Made by a program: the position numbers and the translations under genes
The notes under the pieces: model-generated
The model's input: only the letters and a program-made list of their open reading frames with translations
Database searches by the model: none
What the model was told of the DNA's origin: nothing
From: an uncultured Gammaproteobacteria bacterium
Lineage (GTDB): Bacteria > Patescibacteriota > Microgenomatia > UBA10105
Assembly: GCA_964412165.1 (NCBI GenBank)
Contig: CAYPMW010000001.1
Span: forward strand, 16,316 to 80,315
Direction: 5' to 3'
DNA: 64,000 nt
Shown: positions 51,132 to 60,344 of the stretch, piece by piece
Layout of the letters: every line of letters begins with the position of its first letter
Position numbering within the stretch: position 1 is the first letter of the stretch

Positions 51132-52424
51132 ATGCGGGATAAGATCATCGCCGGAATTGATATAGGTACATCAAAAATCACCACAATCATCGCGGCTGTA
51201 AAAGAGGAGGGGCCACTTCATATCATTGGGGTGTCTACTGTTGATAGCAAAGGTTTACGTAAGGGACAGGTAGTAGATATCGAGGATGCGGTAGGTGCGA
51301 TTTCACCCTCACTAGAAGGTGCAGAACGAATGGCTGGGTGTTCGGTTAATAGTGCATTCATAAGTATCGGCGGGAGCCACATTGCTTCGCAAAATTCCCA
51401 TGGTGTAGTAGCAGTTGCCAACCCGGAAACCGAAATTACCCTGCAGGATGTCAATCGAGTGGTTGATGCAGCACGGGCAATTTCATTATCATCTTCGCGT
51501 GAAGTGATTCATGTATTGCCAAGGGGATTTACTGTTGATGGGCAAGATGGTATCGCTGATCCGATTGGTATGACAGGTGTACGGCTTGAAGTGGATACGC
51601 ATCTTGTGACCGGGGGTGCTACTGCTATCAGAAATCTAGAAAAATGCGTACAAGAGTTGGGTGTAACGGTTGAGGGGATGGTTTTTGGAGGACTCGCATC
51701 AGCACAGGCAGTTCTTTCGGATACGGAAAAAGAATTGGGAGTCACACTGGTCGACATAGGAGGCGGTACGACAGATATAGCTATATTTGTGGAAGGCGCA
51801 CTTTCATATTCTTCGGTGATACCGATTGGTGCAAAGAATATCACCAATGATTTAGCCATAGGACTCAGAGTTTCCTTGGAAAGTTCTGAAAAAATAAAGT
51901 TGTTACTGTCACAAAAAAACAGAAGTCCGACACTACCAGATGACGATGCACACAGTAAACAAAAACAGGTCGACGAAATAGACATGAGCGAATTAAATCT
52001 TCCCGAGGATTTAAAAAAAGTTTCACGTAAAACACTGGTCGAAGGGATCATCAAGCCGAGACTTAATGAAATTTTTGCCATGGTAGGGTTGGAGATTAAA
52101 AAGAGCGGTTTCGGAGGTATGACACCTTCAGGTTTAGTACTTTGCGGTGGAGGAGCAGAGACGGTCGGAATAGTTGAGGCAGCACGGAGAAACCTGGCTA
52201 TGCCAGTTCGAGTTGGAATCCCGACTCACGTGACCGGCTTAGTAGATGAGATACTTCTTCCTGCTTATGCAACTGGTGTGGGACTCGTAGTTTATGGGTC
52301 ACGGATGGGCTTACGTGAGGCACAACCACAGTTTTTAAATAAAGTCGGTAAAATAACTGGAAAATTTCCGGTGAAAGGAATATTAGGAAAAGTTCTCGAT
52401 GTACTGAAAACCTTCTTACCCTAA
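51132..52424 (+). CDS. ftsA: Cell division protein FtsA
   Basis: IIAGIDIGTSKITTIIAAV (actin-fold phosphate 1) and later DIGGGTTDIAIF. Confidence 0.85.
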   Translation: MRDKIIAGIDIGTSKITTIIAAVKEEGPLHIIGVSTVDSKGLRKGQVVDIEDAVGAISPSLEGAERMAGCSVNSAFISIGGSHIASQNSHGVVAVANPETEITLQDVNRVVDAARAISLSSSREVIHVLPRGFTVDGQDGIADPIGMTGVRLEVDTHLVTGGATAIRNLEKCVQELGVTVEGMVFGGLASAQAVLSDTEKELGVTLVDIGGGTTDIAIFVEGALSYSSVIPIGAKNITNDLAIGLRVSLESSEKIKLLLSQKNRSPTLPDDDAHSKQKQVDEIDMSELNLPEDLKKVSRKTLVEGIIKPRLNEIFAMVGLEIKKSGFGGMTPSGLVLCGGGAETVGIVEAARRNLAMPVRVGIPTHVTGLVDEILLPAYATGVGLVVYGSRMGLREAQPQFLNKVGKITGKFPVKGILGKVLDVLKTFLP

Positions 52425-52514
52425 AATTAAACCTGCTTGTCTTGGTTGAAGATAACAGTAATTAATGTTAGTATACTGCCTACTATAGTTTGTTCGTTTC
52501 ATTGAAAAACTTTT

Positions 52515-53696
52515 ATGCTCATCAAACCAGATCTAGCACGGTTTGCTAAAATTAAAGTTGTCGGCATTGGTGGCGGTGGAGGAAATGCTCTCAACTCCAT
52601 GATCTCCGAGTCTCAGATTCAGGGTGTTGATTTTATCGGTGTAAATACAGATGCACAAGCGCTTCTGACATGTTTCTCCCCAATCAAAATCCAAATTGGC
52701 GAAAATCTTACCCGAGGTTTGGGATCTGGTGGAAATCCGGAAATAGGCAAGCAGGCAGCGGAAGAGTCCAGAGAAAAAATTAAAGAACATCTTATCGATT
52801 CGGATATGATATTTCTCACATGCGGTGAAGGAGGTGGTACAGGTACCGGGGCAACACCGGTACTGGCCGAAATCGCTAAAGAATTAGGAGTTCTAACAGT
52901 TGCTGTAGCTACAAAGCCATTTTCATTTGAAGGAACACGGAGAATGGTTCAAGCCGAGGAAGGCATCTTAGAATTAAAAGAAAAAGTTGACACACTTATC
53001 GTCATACCCAACCAGAGACTTCTTGATGTAGTTGATAAAAAGCTCACGCTTATAGAGGCGTTTAGAGTTGCTGATAGTGTGCTTGGTCAGGGTGTCCAGG
53101 GAATATCCGATTTAATTACAACTCCTGGACTTATAAATGTTGATTTTGCAGATGTACGTACTATCATGAACAATTCAGGTTCAGCTCTCATGGGTATTGG
53201 TACGGGCACTGGAGAAAATCGCGCGACAGTAGCTGCACGTATGGCGATTGCATCTCCGCTTCTTGAGATTTCAATCGATGGAGCAAAAGGCGTGTTATTC
53301 AATATCACCGGAGGGCAGGACCTGACTATGGCCGAAGTTGATTCGGCAGCAAAAATGATAGCTGAGGCGGTAGATCCCGACGCAAATATCATATTTGGCG
53401 CAACTATTGATGAATCCATGGTCGATCAAGTCAAAATCACGGTGATTGCCACAGGATTTGATGAAACGAGAAAGACCTTACAGGGGCTGACGAGACCGTT
53501 CTCAGTGCATCAGCACATACCTAATTCGAGTATAGCGCAATCCTCCGGTGCGCCTCCTGTTTCCACTACGCCTCAAAATCAGACTGATGATACAAATGGT
53601 AGTTCACCCCTCACTCCACCTACCGCAACTTCGACCGATATCCCTCCAGAAGAAGACCAATGGGACATCCCCGCTTTCCTAAGACAGAGAAGTTAA
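52515..53696 (+). CDS. ftsZ: Cell division GTPase FtsZ
   Basis: [27 protein letters not shown] (T7-region family motifs), and the C-terminal conserved peptide DIPAFLRQ. Confidence 0.95.
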   Translation: MLIKPDLARFAKIKVVGIGGGGGNALNSMISESQIQGVDFIGVNTDAQALLTCFSPIKIQIGENLTRGLGSGGNPEIGKQAAEESREKIKEHLIDSDMIFLTCGEGGGTGTGATPVLAEIAKELGVLTVAVATKPFSFEGTRRMVQAEEGILELKEKVDTLIVIPNQRLLDVVDKKLTLIEAFRVADSVLGQGVQGISDLITTPGLINVDFADVRTIMNNSGSALMGIGTGTGENRATVAARMAIASPLLEISIDGAKGVLFNITGGQDLTMAEVDSAAKMIAEAVDPDANIIFGATIDESMVDQVKITVIATGFDETRKTLQGLTRPFSVHQHIPNSSIAQSSGAPPVSTTPQNQTDDTNGSSPLTPPTATSTDIPPEEDQWDIPAFLRQRS

Positions 53697-54206
53697 ATGG
53701 ATGCAACTTCCCTTCAATTATCCTATAATATATCAATGAGTGGTAAAAGTGAACTAATCATTCCGTCAGCTGAGCTTCCGCGAGAATTATTAGATAACGA
53801 AGCGTTTAGACTTATTGATGAGTTTAGAAAAACATTTCGCGCAACTCCTGAGTTTCTCAAAGCTTTGGGAGAACATTATTTTGGTGAGCTTGATGATGGA
53901 CAACTGATTAAACCTGATAACCAAAGAAGCATTTCTTTCTGGTATAAAGGAGTACCATGGGAGGTTGAAGATAGATATACTGAGGATGGGCAGCGGTTAA
54001 GTGTAACCGTCACTAGTCCTGTCAATTTCCCATTTCAGACAATTTTGATTAGCTTGGTTGCGAAAAGAAAGATAGATCAAAAAAATCAAATTGAACCCAA
54101 AGTTCAGGCGATTGGGATAAATGAATCTTTACAACCGGTTATATACAGAAATTCGCAACAAGCAGTTGATGTTATATTAAGGATCTTAAATTTTTACAAA
54201 ATGTAG
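53697..54206 (+). CDS. Hypothetical protein, translationally coupled to ftsZ
   Basis: Its ATG lies immediately after the ftsZ TAA (53694-96). It is a 169-aa soluble protein with no family I can recognise. Confidence 0.4.
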   Translation: MDATSLQLSYNISMSGKSELIIPSAELPRELLDNEAFRLIDEFRKTFRATPEFLKALGEHYFGELDDGQLIKPDNQRSISFWYKGVPWEVEDRYTEDGQRLSVTVTSPVNFPFQTILISLVAKRKIDQKNQIEPKVQAIGINESLQPVIYRNSQQAVDVILRILNFYKM

Positions 54207-54282
54207 ATTCTGTTATATACTTAATGTAATTAAAAAGCGTTTGACTGGTAATCACCAGGGAATGTGTTTATACATCGCTGAA

Positions 54283-54579
54283 AGAAGAACATAGAGATCC
54301 TGTAATAAAATTCTAGTTAAATCTTGGAATTAAGGTTCAGGATGCGTATATAAGTAGACCTTTCCGGGTAAGCCCGTAATAGCAGGAAGTAAGGGTTGTA
54401 GGTAATAAGTTGTAGGTTGTAGGAAGAAATAAGTTTCTTACAACCCACAACCTACAACTGAAGTAAGGTGGTACCACGAATTAGTTAAGAGTTTAGAATT
54501 AAGTGTTAAGAATTCTAAGTTCTCAAACTATCGTCCTTAGATTCGACTACAATTGTGGTTGGAGATAAGGACCCTTTTT
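54283..54579 (+). promoter_or_regulatory. ileS leader with a T-box-like riboswitch signature (translational, SD-sequestering type)
   Basis: Leader of about 300 nt. Long imperfect hairpin at 54409-54458 (Stem III-like). T-box-like AAGGTGGTACCACG at 54465-78. Sequester hairpin GTCCTTA(54533-39)/TAAGGAC(54566-72) contains the SD AAGGA, followed by TTTTT at 54575-79 and the ATG at 54580. Alternative pairing AAGG(54465-68)/CCTT(54535-38) and ACG(54476-78)/CGT(54532-34) flanks the bulge UGGUACC. Confidence 0.5.
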
Positions 54580-57420
54580 ATGGTAAAAAAACACACATTT
54601 CAACCGGTTTCAGCGAAAGTAAACTTCCCCGAACTTGAAGAACGGATTCTTAAGTTTTGGAAAGAAAATCAGATTTTTGAAAAATCAATTGCAGCGCGAC
54701 CTGCATCAAAAACCTGGACGTTTTTAGACGGACCACCGTTTATTACCGGGCTTCCCCATTACGGGAGCCTTCTATCGAGCATTCCCAAAGATCTCTTCCC
54801 CCGTTACTGGACAATGAAGGGATATCGCGTGCGGCGAGTGTGGGGGTGGGATTGCCATGGACTTCCTGCGGAGAATAAGGTTGAGGATAAGTTGGGAATC
54901 ACGCGGAAAAAAGACATTGAAGAAAAAGTAGGCATCAAGAAATTTATTGAAGAATGCAAACTTTATGTGAGTGACGTTTCAGGAGAGTGGAAATGGTATG
55001 TGGACCATATCGGAAGGTGGGTTGATTTTGCACACGCCTACAAAACTATGGACATGCCGTACATGGAAACGGTGATGTGGGTATTTAAATCGCTCTATGA
55101 TAAAGGATACATTTACAAAGGCTTACGTGTATCACTTTACTGCCCCCATTGCGCCACTCCAATTTCAAATTTTGAAGTGGCAATGGATGCTGATAATTAT
55201 CGGTCAGTGACTGATCCGGGAACAATTTATAAATATCCTCTGCAAGATGTAAAAGATACGTACATATTAGCTTGGTCAACCACGCCGTGGAACAAACTCG
55301 TGACCCCGGCATTAGCGGTAAATCCCAAATTGATATACGTTAAAGTAGCACAGGCAGATGAATATTATATTCTGGCAAAATCTAGGGTAAAAATGCTAAA
55401 TAAGGAGCCTTTTAAAGTGGTAGATGAATTTCTTGGTCAAGAATTGGTAGGCAAAGCTTTCCAGCCACACTACGATTTCTATAAAGTAGATCCTGGTAAG
55501 AAAGCATTTATTATAGTGAACGGCGAGTTTGTGACCGCCGAGGAAGGTACGGGAGTCGTCACGATCGCCGCATACGGTGAGGAAGATTTGGCTGTCATGC
55601 AAAGGGAAAGCATCCAGATTGTCATGCATCTTGACGATGAAGGTATCCTCAAGCCGTTTGTGCCCAAATGGGGTGGAATGTATTATCTCAAAGCAAATAT
55701 TGAGATTAATAAAGATCTTGCGGCCCGTGGACTTATATATGATGATAAACCGTACTCTCATACCGTACCAACCTGCTGGAGATGTCATACACGACTTATA
55801 TTCGCTCCCCAGGATGCTTGGTATGTGAATGTACAATCGCTCAAAAAGAGGATGAAGGAGACTAATGAGGCAGTCAATTGGTTCCCCAAACACTTTAAGT
55901 ATGGTAGATACCTCAAAAGCCTTGAGTTTGCACCTGACTGGTGCATATCAAGGAGTAGATATTGGGGGTCGCCGGTGCCTGTGTGGGAGTGTGAGTGTGG
56001 CGAGAGATTCGTACCGGGTTCGATATCAGAACTAGAGATCCTATCAGGGAAGCATATTGCAGATCTACACAAACCGGCAATTGATCAGGTGACCATAAAG
56101 TGTCCAAAATGTAATCAACAGGCAAAACGCGTTCCTGAAGTGCTTGATAGTTGGATTGAGGCTGGATCTGCGCCTTTTGCTGAGCGTCATTTTCCATTTG
56201 AAAAAGACCTGAGACTCACAGACTTTTTTCCACCTGACTTTATTGTTGAATATACTGGGCAGATCAGAGCCTGGTTTTACGTGTTACACGTACTAGCCAC
56301 TGCGCTTTTTGAATCACACGCGTTTAAAAATGTGGTAGTTACTGGTGTTATTTTAGGAACTGATGGGCGAAAAATGAGCAAAAACTATGGTAATTACCCC
56401 GATCCCAAAGAATTGCTTCAGAAATATGGCGGCGATGCTCTACGCCTGTACCTCATGGGAAGTCCGGTGATGCATGGAGAAGACATTATCATTTCAGAAA
56501 ATGAATACCGCAATCAGGTCAAAGGAATGCTACTCATACTCTGGAACGTATATAACTTTTTTGTAACTAACGCTTTGGTTGATGGGTGGTCTGCGAAAAA
56601 TACTCCCCCCAAACCCGTACATGTTTTGGATAAATGGATCCTCTCCCGTCTTTATGAGCATATAGAGACCATGGCTGAAAAAGGGTATGAAAAGTATGAT
56701 AGCGTGTTTGTCGTACAGTCGGCAGAAAAATTTATACGCGAGTTATCATTATGGTACGTGCGGCGAAGTCGAAATCGCTTCGGGCCAGGTAGTCCGAATT
56801 CCATAGATAAAGAAAGAGCGTACCACACGCTGTGGTTTGTTTTAAAAGAATATGTTAAATCCATATCCCCGTTAATACCATTTGTTACTGAATCAATGTA
56901 TCGCAATCTTACTGGCGAGATTTCGGTTCACCTAGCGGACTGGCCCACACTTCCTTCTGAGTGGCGCAGTGTCATCCTTGAGAAGGATATGACAAATGCG
57001 ATAAAACTGGCATCCCGTGTTCATGCTTTCCGTAAACAGACGGGCGTGATAGTCCGAATTCCTATTAAAACGCTTGAATACACCGGACCAGACGAGATAA
57101 GTGGCCACGTTCGAGAGATACTTCTGGAAGAAATAAATGTGTATGATCTTGTTTACAAAGGCACGTCGAGTGACTATACTGTTTCTGGTAAAACGGATGA
57201 AATAAATCTTGATATTCAAGCAGGGTATGTGCGAAAAATTATCCGGCAAGTACAGAATCTCAGAAAAGAAAAAAAGTTAAACTTGAGCCAGCCGATCAAG
57301 CTCCAATTAGACGCACGCGATAAAGGGAAAATAACCAGCAATTTACTCGAAAAAATTAAGCAAAAAACACTCGCATCTGAAATCGTATGGGGAGACGGTC
57401 TTTCTATTTCGACTGGATAA
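54580..57420 (+). CDS. ileS: Isoleucine--tRNA ligase
   Basis: MVKKHTFQPVSAKVNFPELEERILKFW, the HIGH-region PHYGS, the KMSKS-type GRKMSKNYGN, an editing domain, and a total of about 946 aa. The start is at the internal ATG with the SD AAGGA 9 nt upstream. Confidence 0.9.
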   Translation: MVKKHTFQPVSAKVNFPELEERILKFWKENQIFEKSIAARPASKTWTFLDGPPFITGLPHYGSLLSSIPKDLFPRYWTMKGYRVRRVWGWDCHGLPAENKVEDKLGITRKKDIEEKVGIKKFIEECKLYVSDVSGEWKWYVDHIGRWVDFAHAYKTMDMPYMETVMWVFKSLYDKGYIYKGLRVSLYCPHCATPISNFEVAMDADNYRSVTDPGTIYKYPLQDVKDTYILAWSTTPWNKLVTPALAVNPKLIYVKVAQADEYYILAKSRVKMLNKEPFKVVDEFLGQELVGKAFQPHYDFYKVDPGKKAFIIVNGEFVTAEEGTGVVTIAAYGEEDLAVMQRESIQIVMHLDDEGILKPFVPKWGGMYYLKANIEINKDLAARGLIYDDKPYSHTVPTCWRCHTRLIFAPQDAWYVNVQSLKKRMKETNEAVNWFPKHFKYGRYLKSLEFAPDWCISRSRYWGSPVPVWECECGERFVPGSISELEILSGKHIADLHKPAIDQVTIKCPKCNQQAKRVPEVLDSWIEAGSAPFAERHFPFEKDLRLTDFFPPDFIVEYTGQIRAWFYVLHVLATALFESHAFKNVVVTGVILGTDGRKMSKNYGNYPDPKELLQKYGGDALRLYLMGSPVMHGEDIIISENEYRNQVKGMLLILWNVYNFFVTNALVDGWSAKNTPPKPVHVLDKWILSRLYEHIETMAEKGYEKYDSVFVVQSAEKFIRELSLWYVRRSRNRFGPGSPNSIDKERAYHTLWFVLKEYVKSISPLIPFVTESMYRNLTGEISVHLADWPTLPSEWRSVILEKDMTNAIKLASRVHAFRKQTGVIVRIPIKTLEYTGPDEISGHVREILLEEINVYDLVYKGTSSDYTVSGKTDEINLDIQAGYVRKIIRQVQNLRKEKKLNLSQPIKLQLDARDKGKITSNLLEKIKQKTLASEIVWGDGLSISTG

Positions 57421-58454
57421 TTTTTTTTCCGGTTGTACTTTTAAGTAGTATTAGTCTGGTTACTCTTCTATCAATAGGGCACAATTTTTTTTATTCTCAA
57501 TTATTATTTGTATTTTTAGGACTGGTATTATTTTATCTCCTGTCTCGGTTTGATTTCTCAATATTTCAATATTTGGTTTATTTCCTCTATATCGCCTGCA
57601 TTCTATTTCTCCTTTTATCATTTTTGGGGCCAAATGTCCGAGGATCATCTCGTTGGCTGGAAATTGGTGATTTTCGTTTGCAACCTTCTGAATTTATTAA
57701 GCCCTTTCTCTGTCTCAGTTTTGCCGGATTTATTATGCGTCATCCACCTCTTAAAATAAAAACAATTCTTATCCATACCATAATCATGCTGGTGCCGAGT
57801 TTACTTGTTTTTCTTCAGCCCGATTTAGGTAATTCACTCATTTTTGCCAGTATTTGGCTCTCTCTCATGATATTTGGAGGAATTTCACTTCGATATATCG
57901 CGGCCGTATTCCTAGGAGGGATAAGTATTATACCTCTCTCATTTTCGTTTCTTCGCGAGTATCAGCGTTTAAGAATACTAGCGTTTCTTAATCCTTGGTT
58001 TGATCCACAAGGTGCCGGATACAATGCGATACAATCGATGATTACAGTGGGTTCTGGGCAGCTTTTTGGCCGCGGATTTGGTAAAGGCACCCAATCTTTT
58101 TTGAAATTTTTACCTGAACACCACACCGATTTTATTTTTGCAGCCTTGACTGAATTATTTGGGTTTATGGGAAGCACGGTCGTATTAGTTTTGTATTTTG
58201 TATTTTTATGGAGGCTACTTAGTCATATCCGAAACCATGCGCATAATAAAATGGTTGTCTTATATATATCAGGTCTGTTTATACAGCTATTCGTCCAGAT
58301 TGTGATTAATATTGGTATGAACATGGGGATTGTACCGATCACGGGGATTACGCTACCGTTCCTTTCGTATGGCGGAAGTTCACTCCTCACTTCATGGATA
58401 AGTTTAGGAATTTTGATGTCTGCTATTCAAAAACCGCGCGTAGTGGAAAATTAG
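57387..58454 (+). CDS. Second SEDS-family protein (RodA/FtsW-like)
   Basis: LQPSEFIKP, QPDLGNS and SYGGSSLL motifs, with 10 helices. It overlaps the ileS end by 34 nt. Confidence 0.7.
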   Translation: MGRRSFYFDWIIFFPVVLLSSISLVTLLSIGHNFFYSQLLFVFLGLVLFYLLSRFDFSIFQYLVYFLYIACILFLLLSFLGPNVRGSSRWLEIGDFRLQPSEFIKPFLCLSFAGFIMRHPPLKIKTILIHTIIMLVPSLLVFLQPDLGNSLIFASIWLSLMIFGGISLRYIAAVFLGGISIIPLSFSFLREYQRLRILAFLNPWFDPQGAGYNAIQSMITVGSGQLFGRGFGKGTQSFLKFLPEHHTDFIFAALTELFGFMGSTVVLVLYFVFLWRLLSHIRNHAHNKMVVLYISGLFIQLFVQIVINIGMNMGIVPITGITLPFLSYGGSSLLTSWISLGILMSAIQKPRVVEN

Positions 58455-58467
58455 CTTTTCCATTCCA

Positions 58468-58496
58468 TTGCAAAAAAACAATAATTTTGTTAAGAT
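58468..58496 (+). promoter_or_regulatory. Sigma70-like promoter upstream of rplU (TTGCAA-N17-TAAGAT)
   Basis: TTGCAA at 58468-73 and TAAGAT at 58491-96. Confidence 0.4.
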
Positions 58497-58517
58497 ACGC
58501 TCAGTCAGCCGACATTT

Positions 58518-58545
58518 GACCTGGATACCGCCAGGTCTTTGTTTT
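58518..58545 (+). terminator. Hairpin plus U-run in the rplU leader; intrinsic-terminator-like, and/or the terminator of the upstream SEDS gene
   Basis: GACCTGG(58518-24)-ATACCG-CCAGGTC(58531-37) followed by TTTGTTTT at 58538-45, 5 nt before the rplU ATG. Confidence 0.45.
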
Positions 58546-58550
58546 AAAGT

Positions 58551-58913
58551 ATGTTTGCTATTGTTAAAATCGGTGCTCACCAGTACCGAGTTTCACCAGG
58601 AGACTCGATCCGTGTCGACCATATCGAAGGCAAAGTTGGGGATATCACCTATCTTCCAGCTTTACTTGTGGTAGAAGGAGGTAATGTTCGTGTAGGAAAA
58701 GAGGTTAGAGCGGTGAAAATACCAGCAATCATCAAAAGTCATGGAAAAGGTGAAAAAATTGATACGTATCGGTTTAAAGCAAAATCAAGATACCGTAAGC
58801 ACCGCGGCTTTCGCACCTTTGCAACTACACTGGAAATTAAACAGTGGGAAGAGAGTGAATTACCCCAAAAACCCCTCGCAAAACGGAGAATCTCCGTAAA
58901 AAGAAAAAAATGA
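58551..58913 (+). CDS. rplU: 50S ribosomal protein L21
   Basis: MFAIVKIGAHQYRVSPGDSIRVDHIEG, the classic bL21 N-terminus. Confidence 0.9.
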   Translation: MFAIVKIGAHQYRVSPGDSIRVDHIEGKVGDITYLPALLVVEGGNVRVGKEVRAVKIPAIIKSHGKGEKIDTYRFKAKSRYRKHRGFRTFATTLEIKQWEESELPQKPLAKRRISVKRKK

Positions 58914-60091
58914 CCGAGTACCTTTTTATTTTAGGGTACGCATATGAATTATGCGAAGCGGAGCTGCGTCATTTTTTAAATTTAAACTATCCCGGGTCGA
59001 TCATAACTCCACTTCATAAACCAGTGTGCATGATAAAAACTACCCAAACTATAGACCCCACGCAAGTGATCGGCATCCTTGGGGGAGTGGTTAAAATTGC
59101 CAAAGTTCGTGATGTCATACCAGCTCCAACGTCAAGTCACTTACGGCGTTTCTTTGATGACTATGATGCACGTACACTTATATTCGGAATTAGTTCTTAC
59201 GGAAGCCCAGAGAAAAACTCAAGGACAATCCTACCGGAATTGAAAGCCATTTTACAGAAAAAGATAACCCACGTGCGGTTTATCGAACCGAAGGTAGGGA
59301 GTAGTTTATCGAGTGTAGTAGTAAAAAAACAACACGTGAAGGAAATTATTTTGGTTGAAACCCATTTAGGTTGGTATGTAGGAGAAACCCTTACAGTACA
59401 GGATCCAGACGAGTGGAGTAGCCGCGATACCAAGCGTCCTCATATCTCTCCAAAATCAGGGATGTTGCCTCTTAAAGTTGCGCGGATGATGGTCAACTTA
59501 GCACTTTCTCAGGGGGATAAAACCGGTTGTTTACTTGATCCATTTTGTGGTATGGGGACTATCCTAGGAGAAGCATTAGTGTCAGGATGGAGTGTAGTTG
59601 GCAGTGACCTCTCCCGCGACGCAGTACAAAAAACCCGTGAAAATCTTCTTTGGCTATCCCAACGTAATCCGTCATTAAAAAGAAAGTTTCAGGTATTTGT
59701 ATCAGACGCCACCCACATTTCCAAAAGTATCATTAAACCTCAAATAGATGCTATTGTGTCCGAGCCATTTCTTGGAGCTTTATTTGAGAAAAAAGGTGAG
59801 CTACTTTACCAGAAAGGGCTAAAAGTCACAGAAACTAGTATTCGAGATATGTTTAAAGGGCTTGAGAAACTCTATCTTGGTGCATTCAAAGACTGGCGAA
59901 ATATTCTCAGACCGAATGCCAGGATCGTGATTGCATTGCCACAACTTTCCTATGATAACCAACTGTATATCGTGAAAAATCTCATTGACAAGTGTGAAAA
60001 AGTGGGATATACTTTCACACAAAATACTCTTAAATATTGCAGGCCCCACGCAATTGTAAAACGAAGTATTCATATATTTACTTTCAAATAA
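58910..60091 (+). CDS. THUMP-domain class I SAM-dependent RNA methyltransferase (UPF0020, RlmL/Trm14-like)
   Basis: N-terminus LFILGYAYELCEAELRHF (THUMP-type start), motif I LDPFCGMGTILGEA, and the motif IV-like VSEPFLG. There is an ATGA overlap with rplU. Confidence 0.5.
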   Translation: MTEYLFILGYAYELCEAELRHFLNLNYPGSIITPLHKPVCMIKTTQTIDPTQVIGILGGVVKIAKVRDVIPAPTSSHLRRFFDDYDARTLIFGISSYGSPEKNSRTILPELKAILQKKITHVRFIEPKVGSSLSSVVVKKQHVKEIILVETHLGWYVGETLTVQDPDEWSSRDTKRPHISPKSGMLPLKVARMMVNLALSQGDKTGCLLDPFCGMGTILGEALVSGWSVVGSDLSRDAVQKTRENLLWLSQRNPSLKRKFQVFVSDATHISKSIIKPQIDAIVSEPFLGALFEKKGELLYQKGLKVTETSIRDMFKGLEKLYLGAFKDWRNILRPNARIVIALPQLSYDNQLYIVKNLIDKCEKVGYTFTQNTLKYCRPHAIVKRSIHIFTFK

Positions 60092-60095
60092 CACT

Positions 60096-60344
60096 ATGGC
60101 ACATATAAAAACCGGTGGAACAACCAAAGGCAACAGAGATTCCCGGTCAAAACGGCTTGGGGTGAAAATTTATGGTGGTCAACGTGCCATAGTGGGGAGT
60201 ATCATAGTGAGACAAAAAGGTACCAAAGTTCACCCCGGTCAGGGGACATCCATGGGTAAAGATTTTTCGATATTTGCTAAAGTTGATGGACTGGTACGAT
60301 TTAAAACAAACGCAGGAAAAAAATACGTCTTAGTAAAGGTATAA
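60096..60344 (+). CDS. rpmA: 50S ribosomal protein L27 (no N-terminal propeptide)
   Basis: MAHIKTGGTTKGNRDSRSKRLGVKIYGGQ...VRQKGTKVHPG. Confidence 0.9.
   Translation: MAHIKTGGTTKGNRDSRSKRLGVKIYGGQRAIVGSIIVRQKGTKVHPGQGTSMGKDFSIFAKVDGLVRFKTNAGKKYVLVKV

Noticed and set aside
51509-52081. 190-aa antisense ORF inside ftsA, and many other 60-110 aa antisense or alternate-frame ORFs in the track (for example 1784-2047, 48493-48825, 55396-55893, 53087-53419)
   Set aside because: They lie wholly within well-supported genes (ftsA, ftsW, ileS, ftsZ, glycosyltransferases) on the opposite strand or in another frame. They have no RBS and their composition is typical of spurious ORFs in AT-rich DNA.
54395-54458. 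Short tandem GTTGTAGG repeats; a possible mini-CRISPR array
   Set aside because: Only three 8-bp units with 6-7 bp between them. They form the arm of an inverted repeat that pairs with CCTACAAC copies. There are no 25-40 bp repeat/spacer units and no cas genes. A leader RNA stem explains them better.
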